This document shows, in pieces, positions 37,751 to 50,041 of a stretch of 64,000 bases of DNA (within the stretch, counting starts at the first letter, position 1; each line of letters starts with the position of its first letter). The stretch comes from Isurus oxyrinchus (taxonomy: Eukaryota). The translations under genes were made by a program, and so were the position numbers. A model generated the notes under the pieces. It was not told where the DNA came from. It ran no database searches and saw nothing but the letters and a program-made list of their open reading frames with translations. Location: the NCBI GenBank assembly GCA_026770705.1, contig JANJGN010000034.1, positions 4,030,001 to 4,094,000 on the forward strand. Reading direction: 5' to 3'.

Positions 37751-40497
37751 CCTTCAGCTTCTCTTAAATGTTGTTACAAAATGATTTGCTCTAAAACAAA
37801 TGCCTGGATATGGGTCGTCATTTTGTCTTCAGCCTACCTCGCGTTACCAATCTTTTTACTGTCAGAACCTTTTGGCAGCTCAAAGCAGCTGACTGCCTTA
37901 TAAAAAGGAGGGATAATGCGATATTTAAATATGATCAGGCAGGATGGACCGGGGAGTGTCGAGCGGACAGTCAACGTGGGAGTGCGGGTAGCCGTGTCAA
38001 CGATTTTTGGTGGGCATCAGTCAGTTTGTCATGATGCTAATCGAGTGCGGTGGATAGATCAGTGGCCAGGAAGCTTTTGTTCTATTCGGGTGGTGTTTGG
38101 CGACTGTGGTTGAGTTTCGGATAATTTCTGCGGTGGAAATGGAGAGTGGGCTGTATAGCCAGATGGACATAGCCTTGGGGTTCCGAGGTTCACCCGTGCT
38201 GTGGAATAGCAGCCAGTGTAAAGCTGGGGATGTTTGGGGGCGGGGGTAGTCAGCAGTGAGTACGTGTGCTTGATATTGTTGCGTTAACGGGATGATACAG
38301 AGGATATTTAAGGGAATTTCAGAACGAGGGAGGTGGAGGGTGGCGGTGGAAGTTGGAGTTACGTGGTTGTGGGAATTATTCGAGGCGTTCTTGGTTAGTA
38401 GTCACAGGTGTGGCGTTTCCCTGGGTGTGAAGAGATTCGACGCCTGGGACCGGAGATCTGGGTATTCGGTAGGGTGGGTGAAAGATTTCGGTTGGAGAGG
38501 TTTCGCAGTTAGTCATAGGGTGGAGGCTACGTTTGGGGTGGGAATAGTCAGAGCCGGAGAGAGCAGTCGGATGGTTAGAAGTGGAGTCGTTTTATGCAAT
38601 TGTGTGTCAGGCTGCACCATAGAACTGTAGTCATCTGCTGCTAGAAATGATTATTCTTCTCAATTTTCTTGGGTCGCGATCGCCTACACGTGTGGTTTGT
38701 ATTTAATCTTTGTAAACAAAAGTACGTCTTCCACTACAAAACAAATTCCTTGCAAAAAGTGCGTGATCTTTGCACCTCTGAGTGGAACAAGGGGACGACT
38801 GGGCATTAATAGTGCCTACGTTCGCACTAATTGGCTTCCTCTTTCGTCTACCTGATGACTATAAGCCTTTTGAACGTATATTCCATGCTGTGAGAAAGCT
38901 CATGTTACTTTGGGCAACTGATTCTCCCATTTCCCATTTAACAATACTGGGCACGATGATGAAAAGCAAACCCTGGATTTACAGTCTTCCAAACTTTCTC
39001 TGGGTTTATCCCTGCCCTGGTTTGATTAGTAACTGTACTGTAATGATATCCGAAGCAAGTAGGGTTGACTTGTCAGGTTTTTGTTTCTGATTAGACATGC
39101 TTCTGCAAATGTCCACTTTCCATAATCCAAGTTCATGTGTCATAAAGCCTCGGAATACTAATGTAGAGTCTTTTGTAAAATAGTATCTTACTCGGAGAAG
39201 GTGGTGCTAAAGTTAAACTGACCCTCTGCTATCAAAATGCCTTTTATTTTTCATCAAAGCATTCCCACACCTCAATATCGCTCTCAATATTAGTCCACAT
39301 TCCCTCCAAGGTTAAAGGGCCTTAGTTCACGAATGCTTTTTTTTACTGAACTATTCAAGTTGTGGTTTCCTCCATTTGATAATGGAGCAGATTTTGCCTT
39401 CTGCCACCGATATAGCATTTTATACTATGTTCATAAGGGTGCTCAGTTGCTGAGCATCTTTTTTCCTTGAATGGTTCATTATCCTGAAGATGAGAGCCGA
39501 TTGTGTTGACTACAGGATTTAGGGCTTGCAGCCCAGAATGGTCGGGTTAGTCCATTGGTTACAGCCATTACCAGGGCGAACTGGGAAAGCAGGTGCACTG
39601 ACCTCTTGCCATAGGAACCTCTGCTGGGGCATTGTTCAGCGCGTTATTGACTCCCGTGCTGGTTCTAATGCAGTCATATATGTGAGGCAGGTGAACTAAT
39701 TCCCTCATTGCTGGCATCATGATTCATTTGATGGTCATTCAGGATAACTCTGAGCGCCCTCCACGACTCAAGTTATGCTTAAGCAATTTATTTTGAATGG
39801 AACTACAGTTTATGAGTGGTATCTCTGAATGGACTCTTTCGTTGCCTTGAGTGCAAATTGGAGTTGTTGTTAAGTGTGGTTTCGAATTATGATGTTCTGC
39901 CTCAAAATCTTTGATATTGTGTCTCAAATTGAATTGAGCATTTGTCGCACTGCCATTACTTCCAGATTGTGAAGGTAGTTCATGGTGGCTGAATATGTAA
40001 GAATGCGGCTCGCTTTAATATTAGTGTAGTAAATGATACTTAGAAGGGATTTGCAAAAACGACGGTAAAGAACCAAATTCGTTCATCTTAGACAAGTATG
40101 ATACTCTATTTAGAAGGTGGTTAATACGATATCCCAAAACGGGAAACTGATTAATATAAATTCTATTATTACTAGATTCTCACACCCTTGCAATGGGGAG
40201 AGAGGGCGAGATAATGAGAGAGAGGGAGAGTGAGAGCGACAGATTGGAAGATAGAGACCGATAAAAAAGAGCGGAGCCATGATGAATGAAACTTCGAAGA
40301 ATATTAGCATAAATGTTGGCAATTAGACTGAACTAGCGTCCCAACTTGATTGTTTTCAAATGTTGTTTTTCACCTTCTTGACAACGAAGCGTCATGGGTA
40401 ATCCTTTGCTATTAGTCATGTCGCAAATTTACACTCAATGTTACTTACAGACACAATGATAAATGCTTCACAAGAATAATTTATTTTCCATTTTCAG

Positions 40498-40518
40498 ATT
40501 TAAAGAAGAAGGAAGAAG
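40498..40518 (+). CDS. 21-nt heptad micro-exon, (D)LKKKEE
   Basis: CCATTTTCAG|ATTTAAAGAAGAAGGAAGAAG|GTAAATGCAG; phase 1/1; conserved across three copies. Confidence 0.65.
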
Positions 40519-42689
40519 GTAAATGCAGAAATGAAGAAATCAAATCTGGAATTTAAATATGATTATTGACAAGATTGTATTTTGATGGCCACGGTATTAG
40601 GAACTGCTTCCGCTTAGGGTCACTGATTATGAAAAATGTGATGTGAATGTAATCTTTGTAAACATACGTACATCGTCCCCAACCATGAGAACCTGTTACA
40701 AAAGTTAGTGATCTTAGTGTCTCAGAGAGGAACATGGGGGAGACTCAACATTCATAATGCCTATTGGCGTACTCCCTGGCTTCCAATGTTGCCTAGCTAA
40801 TGGAAATAAGTCATTTGAACGTATATTCCATGCTCTGACAAATCTCAGGTATCCTGAAGGAAGTTATTTTGGGCTACTGATTTTCCCATTTCCCGTTAAA
40901 CCTTACTAGGCAAGCTCATGAGGAACTAAGTCTAAATTGCCAGTGTTCCCTTCCTTCATCTGGGCAAGTACATATGACATAACGCTTCGACTGCATAAGT
41001 ATCTTTTTGTTTTAATTGAAATAGCAGCTTACACTGATAACGACTTTAAATTTACATTCACGTGCTGCTATCAAAATGCATTTCTTTTTTCAGCAATTCT
41101 ATTTCACGCTTCATGATTATCCTCAAAAATAGTTCACATTATATACAAGGACACAGGACTTTCAATGAACTATTCTTTTTTTAACTATTCATGCTTGTGA
41201 TTTCTTTATGCCCAAATGTAGCAGAATTTACCTCCTGCCGCCAGTATTGCATTTTCTATTATGACTAAACGGGTAGTCAGCTGCAGCAGAGAATCTGTCC
41301 TTTGATTGCACTTTTTCCTCAGACTGAAAAGCGCTTTTAATTGGAAACGTGATTTTATTTTTGCAGTCTAACAACAGAGCATCGTGGGGCTAAGGCCATT
41401 GGTTACAGCCATTACCAGGGCGTAATGGGAAAGCTGTTGCAGTGACATATTCCGTCTGTGACTCCAGCTGTGTCATTTTTCAGCAAATTATTGACTGCAG
41501 TCTTGGATGTATTGGAGTCCTATATGTGAGACAGGTGAAATAATTCCCTGAGTGGAGAGATCTTGATTTCTTTGAAGAGCATTCACGACAACTCCGAACA
41601 ACCTCCACGTCTCCAGTAATCTTGAAGCAATTTAAATTGTCTAGACCTACAGATTATGGATGTGGTCGCTGAATGGACGCTTTTTTTTTACCTTGAGGAA
41701 GAATTGGATGTGTCGTGACTGTTGCTTTAAAATATCTTGACTTGTCGCAAGAACTTTGACATTGTAACACACGTTTTCTCGAGCATTTGTCACGATACTG
41801 AACTACATTACTACCCTGTGAAGAAGATTCATGGCGGCTAATTGCATATTTTCTGTTTGTAACCTTCGAACTTTTGTGGATAAGTGCAGAATTTGTTAAA
41901 GTTTACATTCAATCATATCATTTCCGTATTTACTTATCGGTTACGTGATGGTTTATTTGTATTTATAAAATAGTAAGAGGCAATTTAAGTTCTTTCGAAA
42001 TAAACTGGTCTTTTTCTTCAAAGATGACATCCTCATCCTGTGCATAGTCTCTAAACTCAGTGGACCCTCATCAATTTCCATTCAGCGCGATACTGGGAGC
42101 TTCCCAAATGTCCTGAATCAAAATTCTCAACGTAGAGTTGGAAACGGGCAAGCATTCATCCTGGAGAAATTGATGTTTTCCGTGTCACACTGCCTTTCCT
42201 GTTTCTCCAGTTCAGTCGATAACCAGTTCCTTCTTCACCCTTCTGAGATGTAGTTTTTCTCCCTCTAACTCAACATTACTTTCCACTAACCAGTTGCTAC
42301 TTTAAAACATAAACATATCCTCACGGTTTGTTGGGCTTGCTGTAGTTCTCACATCATTGGTTTTGTCTCTCTGAATCTAGCAGCTGTTGAAGAAAGGTTA
42401 CAAATTTGGTTCCATTAATTTTCACAACTGTTTCTTCCCCTGTGAAACAATCGTTTTAGCTTTTATATAACGGGATCACAAGTTATATAACAATGTGTCC
42501 TGCATCAAAAGTGAGGCCGTACAAGTTACAATCAATGGACAGAGTCAATTGGGGGCAATGATGCAGAAGTTTTTTTTTTGCACAAGAATGCTGCTCTATT
42601 TAGAATATGTTTGAAATGATATACCACAAGGGGGAACTTAATGAATATAAATTGCTATCATTTCTAGGATCACAAACTCTAACAATGAA

Positions 42690-42745
42690 CAGAGAGCTAG
42701 AGAGGGAGAGAGAGAGAGAGGGAGAGAGAGAGAGAGAGAGAGAGG
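42690..42745. repeat. (GA)n microsatellite (part of the array unit)
   Basis: Seen directly. Confidence 0.9.
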
Positions 42746-42971
42746 AGGCATGATGGGTGAATCCTGTGGAGACATTAGCATAAATACTCGCCTTTACATT
42801 GAAATTGCGTCCCTACGTGATTATTAGTAAACATCGTTTACCAACTTCTCAATAAGGAAGTGTCAGGGATGTTGCATTCCTATCAGTCAAGTCTTCATTT
42901 TTGACTCATAGTTACTTGCAGGCAGAAGCTAAATGTTTCGCAAGCACCATTTTATTTCTTACCATTTTCAG

Positions 42972-42992
42972 AATTAAAGGTGAAGGAAGAAG
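42972..42992 (+). CDS. 21-nt heptad micro-exon, (E)LKVKEE
   Basis: CCATTTTCAG|AATTAAAGGTGAAGGAAGAAG|GTAAATGCAG. Confidence 0.65.
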
Positions 42993-45310
42993 GTAAATGC
43001 AGAATTTAAGAAACCAAATCCAGGAATTAAGTCTGAATATAGACAAGGTTGTCTTTTTATGGGGATGGTAGTTAGAACTGTTTCTGCTGAGGATCGTTAA
43101 CTGCTGAATGTCTGGTGTGCATGTAACCTTGGAAACATAAATGCGTCTTCCACAACCATGATGAACTCTTGTGTTTTATTTTTGTTGTGTTCTATGTTTC
43201 TCTAAGAGGAAGAAGAAGAAGACTGGGCTTTCATAGTGCTTACAGTCGTACTACCTGGCTTCCACATTCACCTAGCTAATAGCTATAAGACATTCAAATG
43301 CATATTCTATGCTCTGAGAAATGTCATGTTTCTTGAAGGATGATATTTTGGGCTACTGATTCTTCAATTTGCCGTTTATCATTACTGGGCAAGTTTATGA
43401 AGAACTAAATCTAAGTTGAACGCATTCCATTCCTTCCACAGGGTTTATATGTGCCCTGGTTAGCAGTATTGCAAATCTGCCGGAAGAAAGAAGGGCTGCC
43501 TCGTCAGAAATTTGTTTCACCTTATCTTCTTCGGTTGAAACGTCCACGTTCCTTCTCCCAAGTGACTTTGAAATATTGCTTACTAGTGCATCCATATCGT
43601 TTTTTATAGATTTAAAATAGTAGCGTCCTCTGATAAGGTGGCCTTACTTTAGATAGATTTGTTGCTATCAAGTTGCATTATTTTTTTTCCACAAAGGTTT
43701 CTCAAATTTCATGGTCATACTTAAAATTGAGCCACAGTCTCCCCAAGGTGAAAATACCTTCATTCATTAATTCTTTTTTTTTAACTTAAGTACCCATACT
43801 TGTGGGTTCTACTTGCAATAATGGAACAAGTTTTACTTCTAGACGCCGATATCACGTTTTCAACTCTATTCACATGGATGGTCAGTTGCAGAAGGTCTTT
43901 CTTCAATCTATGGTTCCGTTCCCTGTGGCTGAGCAGCGGTTTTGTTCACTACCGGATTTTGGGTTTGCGGTTGAATCGAAGATTTTCGGGTTAAGGACAA
44001 TGGTTACGGTCTATAGCAGGGTAAACTAGGAAAGCAGGTGCAGAGAGCTTTTGGAGTACTATCCCTTGCTGTGGCACCGCTCAGCGAGTTATTGACTACA
44101 GTTCTCGTTGTTATGCACTCAAATAAGTTCAAAAGGTGAAATAGTGTCCTTATTGCGGAGATCGTGATCCTTTTGTCGGTCATTTACAGCAACTCCGAAC
44201 AGCATCCACACCGCAAGTTATCCTTCAGTTATTTAATTCCTGTACAACCACTGCTTTTGGGTGGTTTTGCAGAATGGAGCGTTCAGATTCTGGGCTTGCA
44301 AATTGGACGTGTCGTGGCTATTGAGGTTGTGATTCATTTCTTGAGTATTTATCATGCTTCCGGGCTTCATAACTGCCAGATTGTGAACGTGATTCATGGC
44401 GGCAGAAGGCGAGTATTCTGTTCAAAGCTCTATTACTTGCGTGGTTAAAGGTCGAATTTATTCAAGTTTATGTCCAACCCTTTCCTTTCTATGCTTAGCA
44501 ATTATTTCAGAGCATTTTTAAATCGTTTTATAAAATAGCCAGGGGCAATTTCTGTTCTGTCAAAATAACGTGTTCTCTTTGATGTCTTCTTCGTACTACG
44601 CGCAGTTTCTAAACGCAATCAACCCTCAGCAGTTTCCACTCAACGCGAACCTGAAAGCTCCACAAAATGTACTTAATCAAAACTCTCGATAGGGAGCCGG
44701 AAATGGACAACAAATTATTCCACAAAAATCGATGCCATCCACATCATAGTTGCTTTCCAGTCTTTACTGGAAATTCGATAACCAATTCCTTCTCTGTCTT
44801 TCATGTGAAGATATTTTATCCCGCCAACTCCACGTTTTTTGCCTGAACGAATTCCAATTTGAAATGTAAACATATTGTCACGGTTTCTTTGTGCTTGATG
44901 TCACTCTCACATTACGGAGATGGGGGTTCACCTCCCTGAATCTAGCGTTCAATGAGATTGCATACAAACATTAATTTTCTCTCTGCAATATTTGCTTTAG
45001 CACTTATATAACGAGACCCCAAGTTGGGCGGTGATTATGTAAGAATATGGTGCACATTCAATTTTAGAACCTACAAGGCATGCTCAAAGGGTTTGGTCAA
45101 TCAAAATGAAAGTCGCATCTATTAGTCAAGAATACTGTAAAATTTAGAGTGTGTTTAATATGATTTCCGTATTTGGAAACATACTGATCTAAAATGCTAT
45201 AATTAGTAGACTAAAAACTCTTATATTGGAGGAAGAGAGATAAAGAAAAAGAGAGAGAGAGAGAGCAAAGCCATGATGGGTAATCCTTTTGGGAATATTT
45301 TCATAAATGT

Positions 45311-45370
45311 TGACCTTCACATCGAACCTACGTCCCTTTTTGACCTTCACATCGAACCTACGTCCCTTTT
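45311..45370. repeat. Perfect 30-bp tandem duplication
   Basis: TGACCTTCACATCGAACCTACGTCCCTTTT occurs twice in tandem. Confidence 0.95.
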
Positions 45371-45520
45371 TGATTGTTAATAAACTTAGCTTTCCAACGT
45401 CTCGACAAAATAATGTTATCTGTGTCGTTTTCTCTCAGTCATGTTTAGATTTTCTCTGAATGTTACTTGCAGACAGAATGTTTAATGCTTCACAGGAACG
45501 ATTTCTTTTTCCATTTTCAG

Positions 45521-45541
45521 AATTAAAGAAGAAGGAAGAAG
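45521..45541 (+). CDS. 21-nt heptad micro-exon, (E)LKKKEE, with a GC donor
   Basis: CCATTTTCAG|AATTAAAGAAGAAGGAAGAAG|GCAAATGCAG. Confidence 0.55.
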
Positions 45542-45779
45542 GCAAATGCAGAATTGTAGAAAACAATCATTGAACTGAAATCTGGTTCTTGACAAAATTG
45601 TGTTTTGGTGGCGATGAAGGTGGGAACTTTTTCCGCCAAAGTTTTGCAACCATCTGTGCGCAACGGCAAATATTAGGATAAGTTGGAACAATTTCTACGC
45701 AGGCAAGAGCAAAAAAAAAGAAAACCCTGTGTTTGAATACTTGTCACGTTTCTTTTTGTTGAAACAGGGCTTTGGCTCA

Positions 45780-48000
45780 GGCCAAGGGATGCCTAAAACC
45801 CATGAAAACCTAAGGGGCGTGAATTCAAACATACAAAGTTTCAAATGGACAGACGGCAGGAATATGGTATTCATAGAAAAAAGCCAGACAAACAAAATAG
45901 ATATAATTAGAGGAACAGGGGCCAGATGGCACTTAGGAAGATTCGAATGCTACAAAGCATCGAGGAGTGCCACTGTTAATTAATTTTGGCACTACAACTT
46001 TAGGAAGGGATGATCTAAATTCAGGAACCCAAGATTTATAAGAGGTTTTGGTTTAGGTGAGAAAGAAAAATGACAGGAATCACTTGTGGTAATGACATAC
46101 CGCCCCCTCATTGTAACAACATCGTAGAACAGATGTTCAGACAAGTAATAAAGATAGATTCCCGATGGTGCAACAGTGATTATGGCAGATTTTCATCTAC
46201 ACATAGATTGGGAGAAACATGATGCACAAAGATAGCATTGATGCGAATTTCATTGAATGTTTGCCAGATAGTTACATGTAACAGCACCTTGTGGAGCCGA
46301 CCAGAGAACAGGATATACGAGGCCTGGCATTGAACATAGAATTTCATTAAATGTTAAATTACTAGGAAGGTACCCTTTGGTAACTGTTTACCTAGAGTGG
46401 ATGAATTTTACACTCATTTCGAGGTCGAAACAGAAGGTATTTTCAACCTAATAAGGACAACCGTAATGGCATGAAAGCAGTGCTCCCTAACCTGAACTGG
46501 CAAATGAAGTTAAAGGACATATCAGTGGAAGGCTCAGTAGCAGATCTTTGAAGGGGCATTTCTGAATACGCAGAATAGTTATGGAGAAAAAAAAAAAGTT
46601 CCAGAGAAAGTACCCACTATCCGTGGTTCAAGCATAATGTTAAATATGGTATCAAACGTAAAGGAAACACATTAGCTAAGTGGAATTTCTAGTGGAAGCT
46701 AAGGCGTTTGTAGTTAATTAAACTTGAACTTTGCTTCGAAATCACTATACAGTATACTATTAACCTCCTGGAAACAGCAGTAAAGCAGGAACAGCAAGGA
46801 AGGAAGGAACGAGGAATAATTATAATTAATCGGAAAGTGCTTTTGGGAAAATCAGTGTAGTTCCTTGCTAACAAACCTAAGGTCCACATGGCCTTCACCA
46901 TAATTTCTTGACATAAGTGACAATGAGATAGTTGATGTACTGGTTTAAATTTTTTCAAATTTCACTCGAATCGAGTAAAGTTACATTACAATGGAAAATA
47001 TCAAATGTAACCCATTTATTCATTAAGGGTGGGAGTCAGTAATTAGCAGCATATAAGCAAGTTAAGCTTAACATCTGTCCTAGTAGAAAATTATAGGTGA
47101 TATTATTAAATATGTTATAACCTGTCACGTAAAAAAAATGAAGACAGTTTGGCAGAGTAAACAGGTTTTTTGCGAAAGGGATATCACGTTTAACCACTTT
47201 TTGGTGTTTTTTGAAGGAGTCAATACTGCTTTGGAAAAGGGAAAAGGGTGGATGGCAATCTACTTTGTTTCTCAGACGTCATTTTTTAAGTGCTTCATGA
47301 AATTTTATTGCAGAAAATCTAATAAAAAAGCTCATTTTGCACTGGCTAATTTTTGCCACGATAGAAGACCGGGTAGCTAATAGGAATCAGAGAGTTTCTA
47401 TAAGTTGGTCAATTTAGAGGTTTGCAGGGTGGAACGTCTTCTGTCACCGGGATCAGGAATGGGCACTCAACAGTTTACAATTGATATACCCGGCTTGATT
47501 GAAGGGATGAACGAATGGATGCCTTATATACTGAAGGCTGAAAGAAAGGTAGGAATGCAAGTTGTGAGGAGGACGTATTGTATGTAAGAAGAGCGATACA
47601 TAAGGTTAGTGAGATGGCAAATATTTTGCAGATTGAGCATAATTTGAGAAACTGTGAACTTGTTCATTTTTCGAGTAAGAATAAAATTAAGGCGTGTTGC
47701 CTGAATGGTAAGAGATTTCACAGCACTGAGATTCAGATGTATCTGTGTCTACTAGTGCATGAATTATAAAAAAAAAGTTGTCAGCAAGCAGGAACGGCAG
47801 GTAATTCGGATTGCTAATATAATGTTATAATTTATTGTGAGGAGGATTGATTGAAAGATCACAGATGCTATGCTTCAATTTTACATGGCTTTGGTGAAGT
47901 CGCATTAGGGGTATGGTATGGATTACTGTTGTCCGTACTAAAACAAATATATCAATGAATTAGAAACTGTTCAGATAAGGTTTAGAACTGTGTTTTTATC
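45780..48000 (+). mobile_element. Decayed CR1 ORF2 (endonuclease to RT)
   Basis: Endonuclease remnants (TACCGCCCCC, GATTATGGCAGATTTT, GTGGAGCCGACCAGAGAACAG) and RT remnants (NLRNCELVHF). Confidence 0.8.
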
Positions 48001-48319
48001 GGAAGTCAAAGGCAATTGGTTTTGTCTTCCTAAGGGTATATCATTTCGTTGTAGAGGACATGTGTATTGTGGAAAAAAGGAAATGTCTAATCACTGACCT
48101 GGACATTCAGAAAAATACTAACCCTTGAGGAAATCGATAACTTATAGTGTATGTGAAGAGAATCGTGATTTTTTGGCAACTGTTATTGCAAGGAAAATGC
48201 ACCACTGATGGTGACTGACAGTTAGCTGCCAAGCATGGCTTGAAAGTTAAGCCAGCCAGCGTGATCCAGATGGTTCCAAGTCTTGCCCCGAGGAATGAAG
48301 CAGTGAATGATAATCACAG

Positions 48320-49280
48320 AATTACAGAATAACAGTGCATAAGAGGCCGTTCGGCCCATCGAGTCTACACTGACACGTGATAAACACCTGACCTACCTAT
48401 CTAATCCCACTTACCAGCACTTGACCTGTAGTATTGAATGTTATGACGTGACGAGTGCTCATTCAAGTACTTTTTCATATGGTGCGACACAACCCACTGC
48501 CAGCACCCTCCCTTGTAGTGCATTCCAGACAGTCACCACACTCTGGGTACAAAGGTTTTTCCTCACATTCTCCCTAAACGTCCTGCCCTTACCCTTATAT
48601 TTAGTCCCCCAGGTGACTGACCCTTCAACTAAGGAAAATAGGTGATCCCTATCGAACCTGTCCATGTCCCTCATAAACTTGTACACCTCGATTAGATCAC
48701 ACCTCTGTCTTCTCTGCTCCCACTGAAAGCTCAAGTCTATCGAACATTTCATCATAACTTAATTGTTTCAGCCCAGGCAACATCCTGATGAATCTCCTCT
48801 ACACCCCGTTCAATGCAACCCATCTTTCTTGTAATGTGGCGACCAGAACTGCATGTGGTACGCCTGCTGTGGCCTCACCAAGGTTCTATACAATTGCAAC
48901 ATTCCCCCCCTACTTTAATAATCTATGCCTCAATTGATAAAGTCACCTGTCCTATTGTCCTTTTGTACCACACCATTAACATGCCTCTCCACCTTAATGA
49001 GATGTATGGACACTCAGGTCAAGATCGTTTTCTTCCTCAGAACTTCCTATTGCCATACCGTTAACTGAATACTTCCTGGTAAAATTACTCCTTCCAAAGT
49101 GTATCACCTCACACTTTTTAGGGTTAAATTCCATCTACCACGTAACTGCCCCTTTGGCTCATTCAGTCTATATCTTCCCCTAGCCCAAGAAACCCAAGCT
49201 CACTGTTAACCACCCGGCCAGTCTTTGTGTCATCCAGAAACTTACTATCCATATTCCACACATAGCCATTTAAGTTGTTT
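48320..49280 (-). mobile_element. CR1 3' fragment
   Basis: ORF 48459-48755 EQRRQRCDLIEVYKFMRDMDR...TQSVVTVWNAL is a classic CR1 ORF2 C-terminus. Confidence 0.9.
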
Positions 49281-49500
49281 ATATATATCAAGCTTAATGC
49301 GGAGCAATGAAAGTACGTGACCGTCCTTTCTGCAAATCCATGGAAATAGGCCTCATTGCAAAACTAAATGACAAGCTCAAATTTAGAACCTGTATAAAGT
49401 TTAGCTCATTGCGTATTAATAAGGAAATGTTATGGAATTGCGGAATAATGTCTGATGTTGGACAATAGTTTTGCAGCTTTTGAACAATGACCTGGTGAGG

Positions 49501-49515
49501 TGCCATCTGTATCAT
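49501..49515 (+). repeat. Left 15-bp target-site duplication TGCCATCTGTATCAT
   Basis: Identical copy at 52865-52879, immediately flanking the palindrome. Confidence 0.95.
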
Positions 49516-49612
49516 AAAAACAAAGAAAACTGCGGATGCTGGAAATCCAAAACAAAAACAGAATTACCTGGAAAAACTCAGCAGGTCTGGCAGCATTGAG
49601 GGAGAAGAAAAG

Positions 49613-49651
49613 AGTTGACATTTCGAGTCCTCATGACCCTTCGACAGAACT
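49613..49651 (-). ncRNA. Minimal type-I hammerhead-like motif (left arm, CpG-decayed)
   Basis: Minus strand reads AGTT-CTGTCGA-A-GGGTC-atgag-GACTC-GAAATGTC-AACT. Confidence 0.45.
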
Positions 49652-50041
49652 TGATTTCGAGTCCAAGAAAGAGTTGAAATATAAGCTGGTTTAAGGTGTG
49701 TGTGTGGGGGGGCGGAGAGAGAGAGAGAGACAGAGGTGCTTGTGTAGACAAACAAGCAGTGATAGAAGCAGATCATCAAAAGATGTCAGTGACAATGGTA
49801 CAAAAGAACACATAGGTGTTAAAATTAAAGTTGGTGATATTATCTAAACGAATGTGCTAATTAAGAATGGATGGTAGGGCACTCAAGGTACAGCTCTAGT
49901 GGGGGTGGGGGGAGCATAAAAGATTTTAAAATATTTAAAAATAATGGAAATAGGTGGGAAAAGAAAAATCTATAAAATTTATAGGGAAAAAAAGGGGAAA
50001 AAAGGGGGAAACAGAAAGGGGGTGGGGATGGGGGAGGGAGC

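Larger units (their letters stand above)
38670..45650. repeat. Ancient diverged tandem array, ~2.8 units of ~2.5 kb (first unit internally deleted)
   Basis: Collinear landmarks: ATATTC.ATGCT.TGA at ~38878/40823/43302; (GA)n at ~40200/42700/45240; micro-exon at 40498/42972/45521. Confidence 0.9.

Noticed and set aside
39981-44403. Kozak-perfect GCC(A/G)CCATG on the minus strand in all three array units
   Set aside because: Each frame stops within about 10-55 codons and coding-like sequence continues upstream, so it is more likely an internal Ala-(Ala/Thr)-Met of the decayed ORF.
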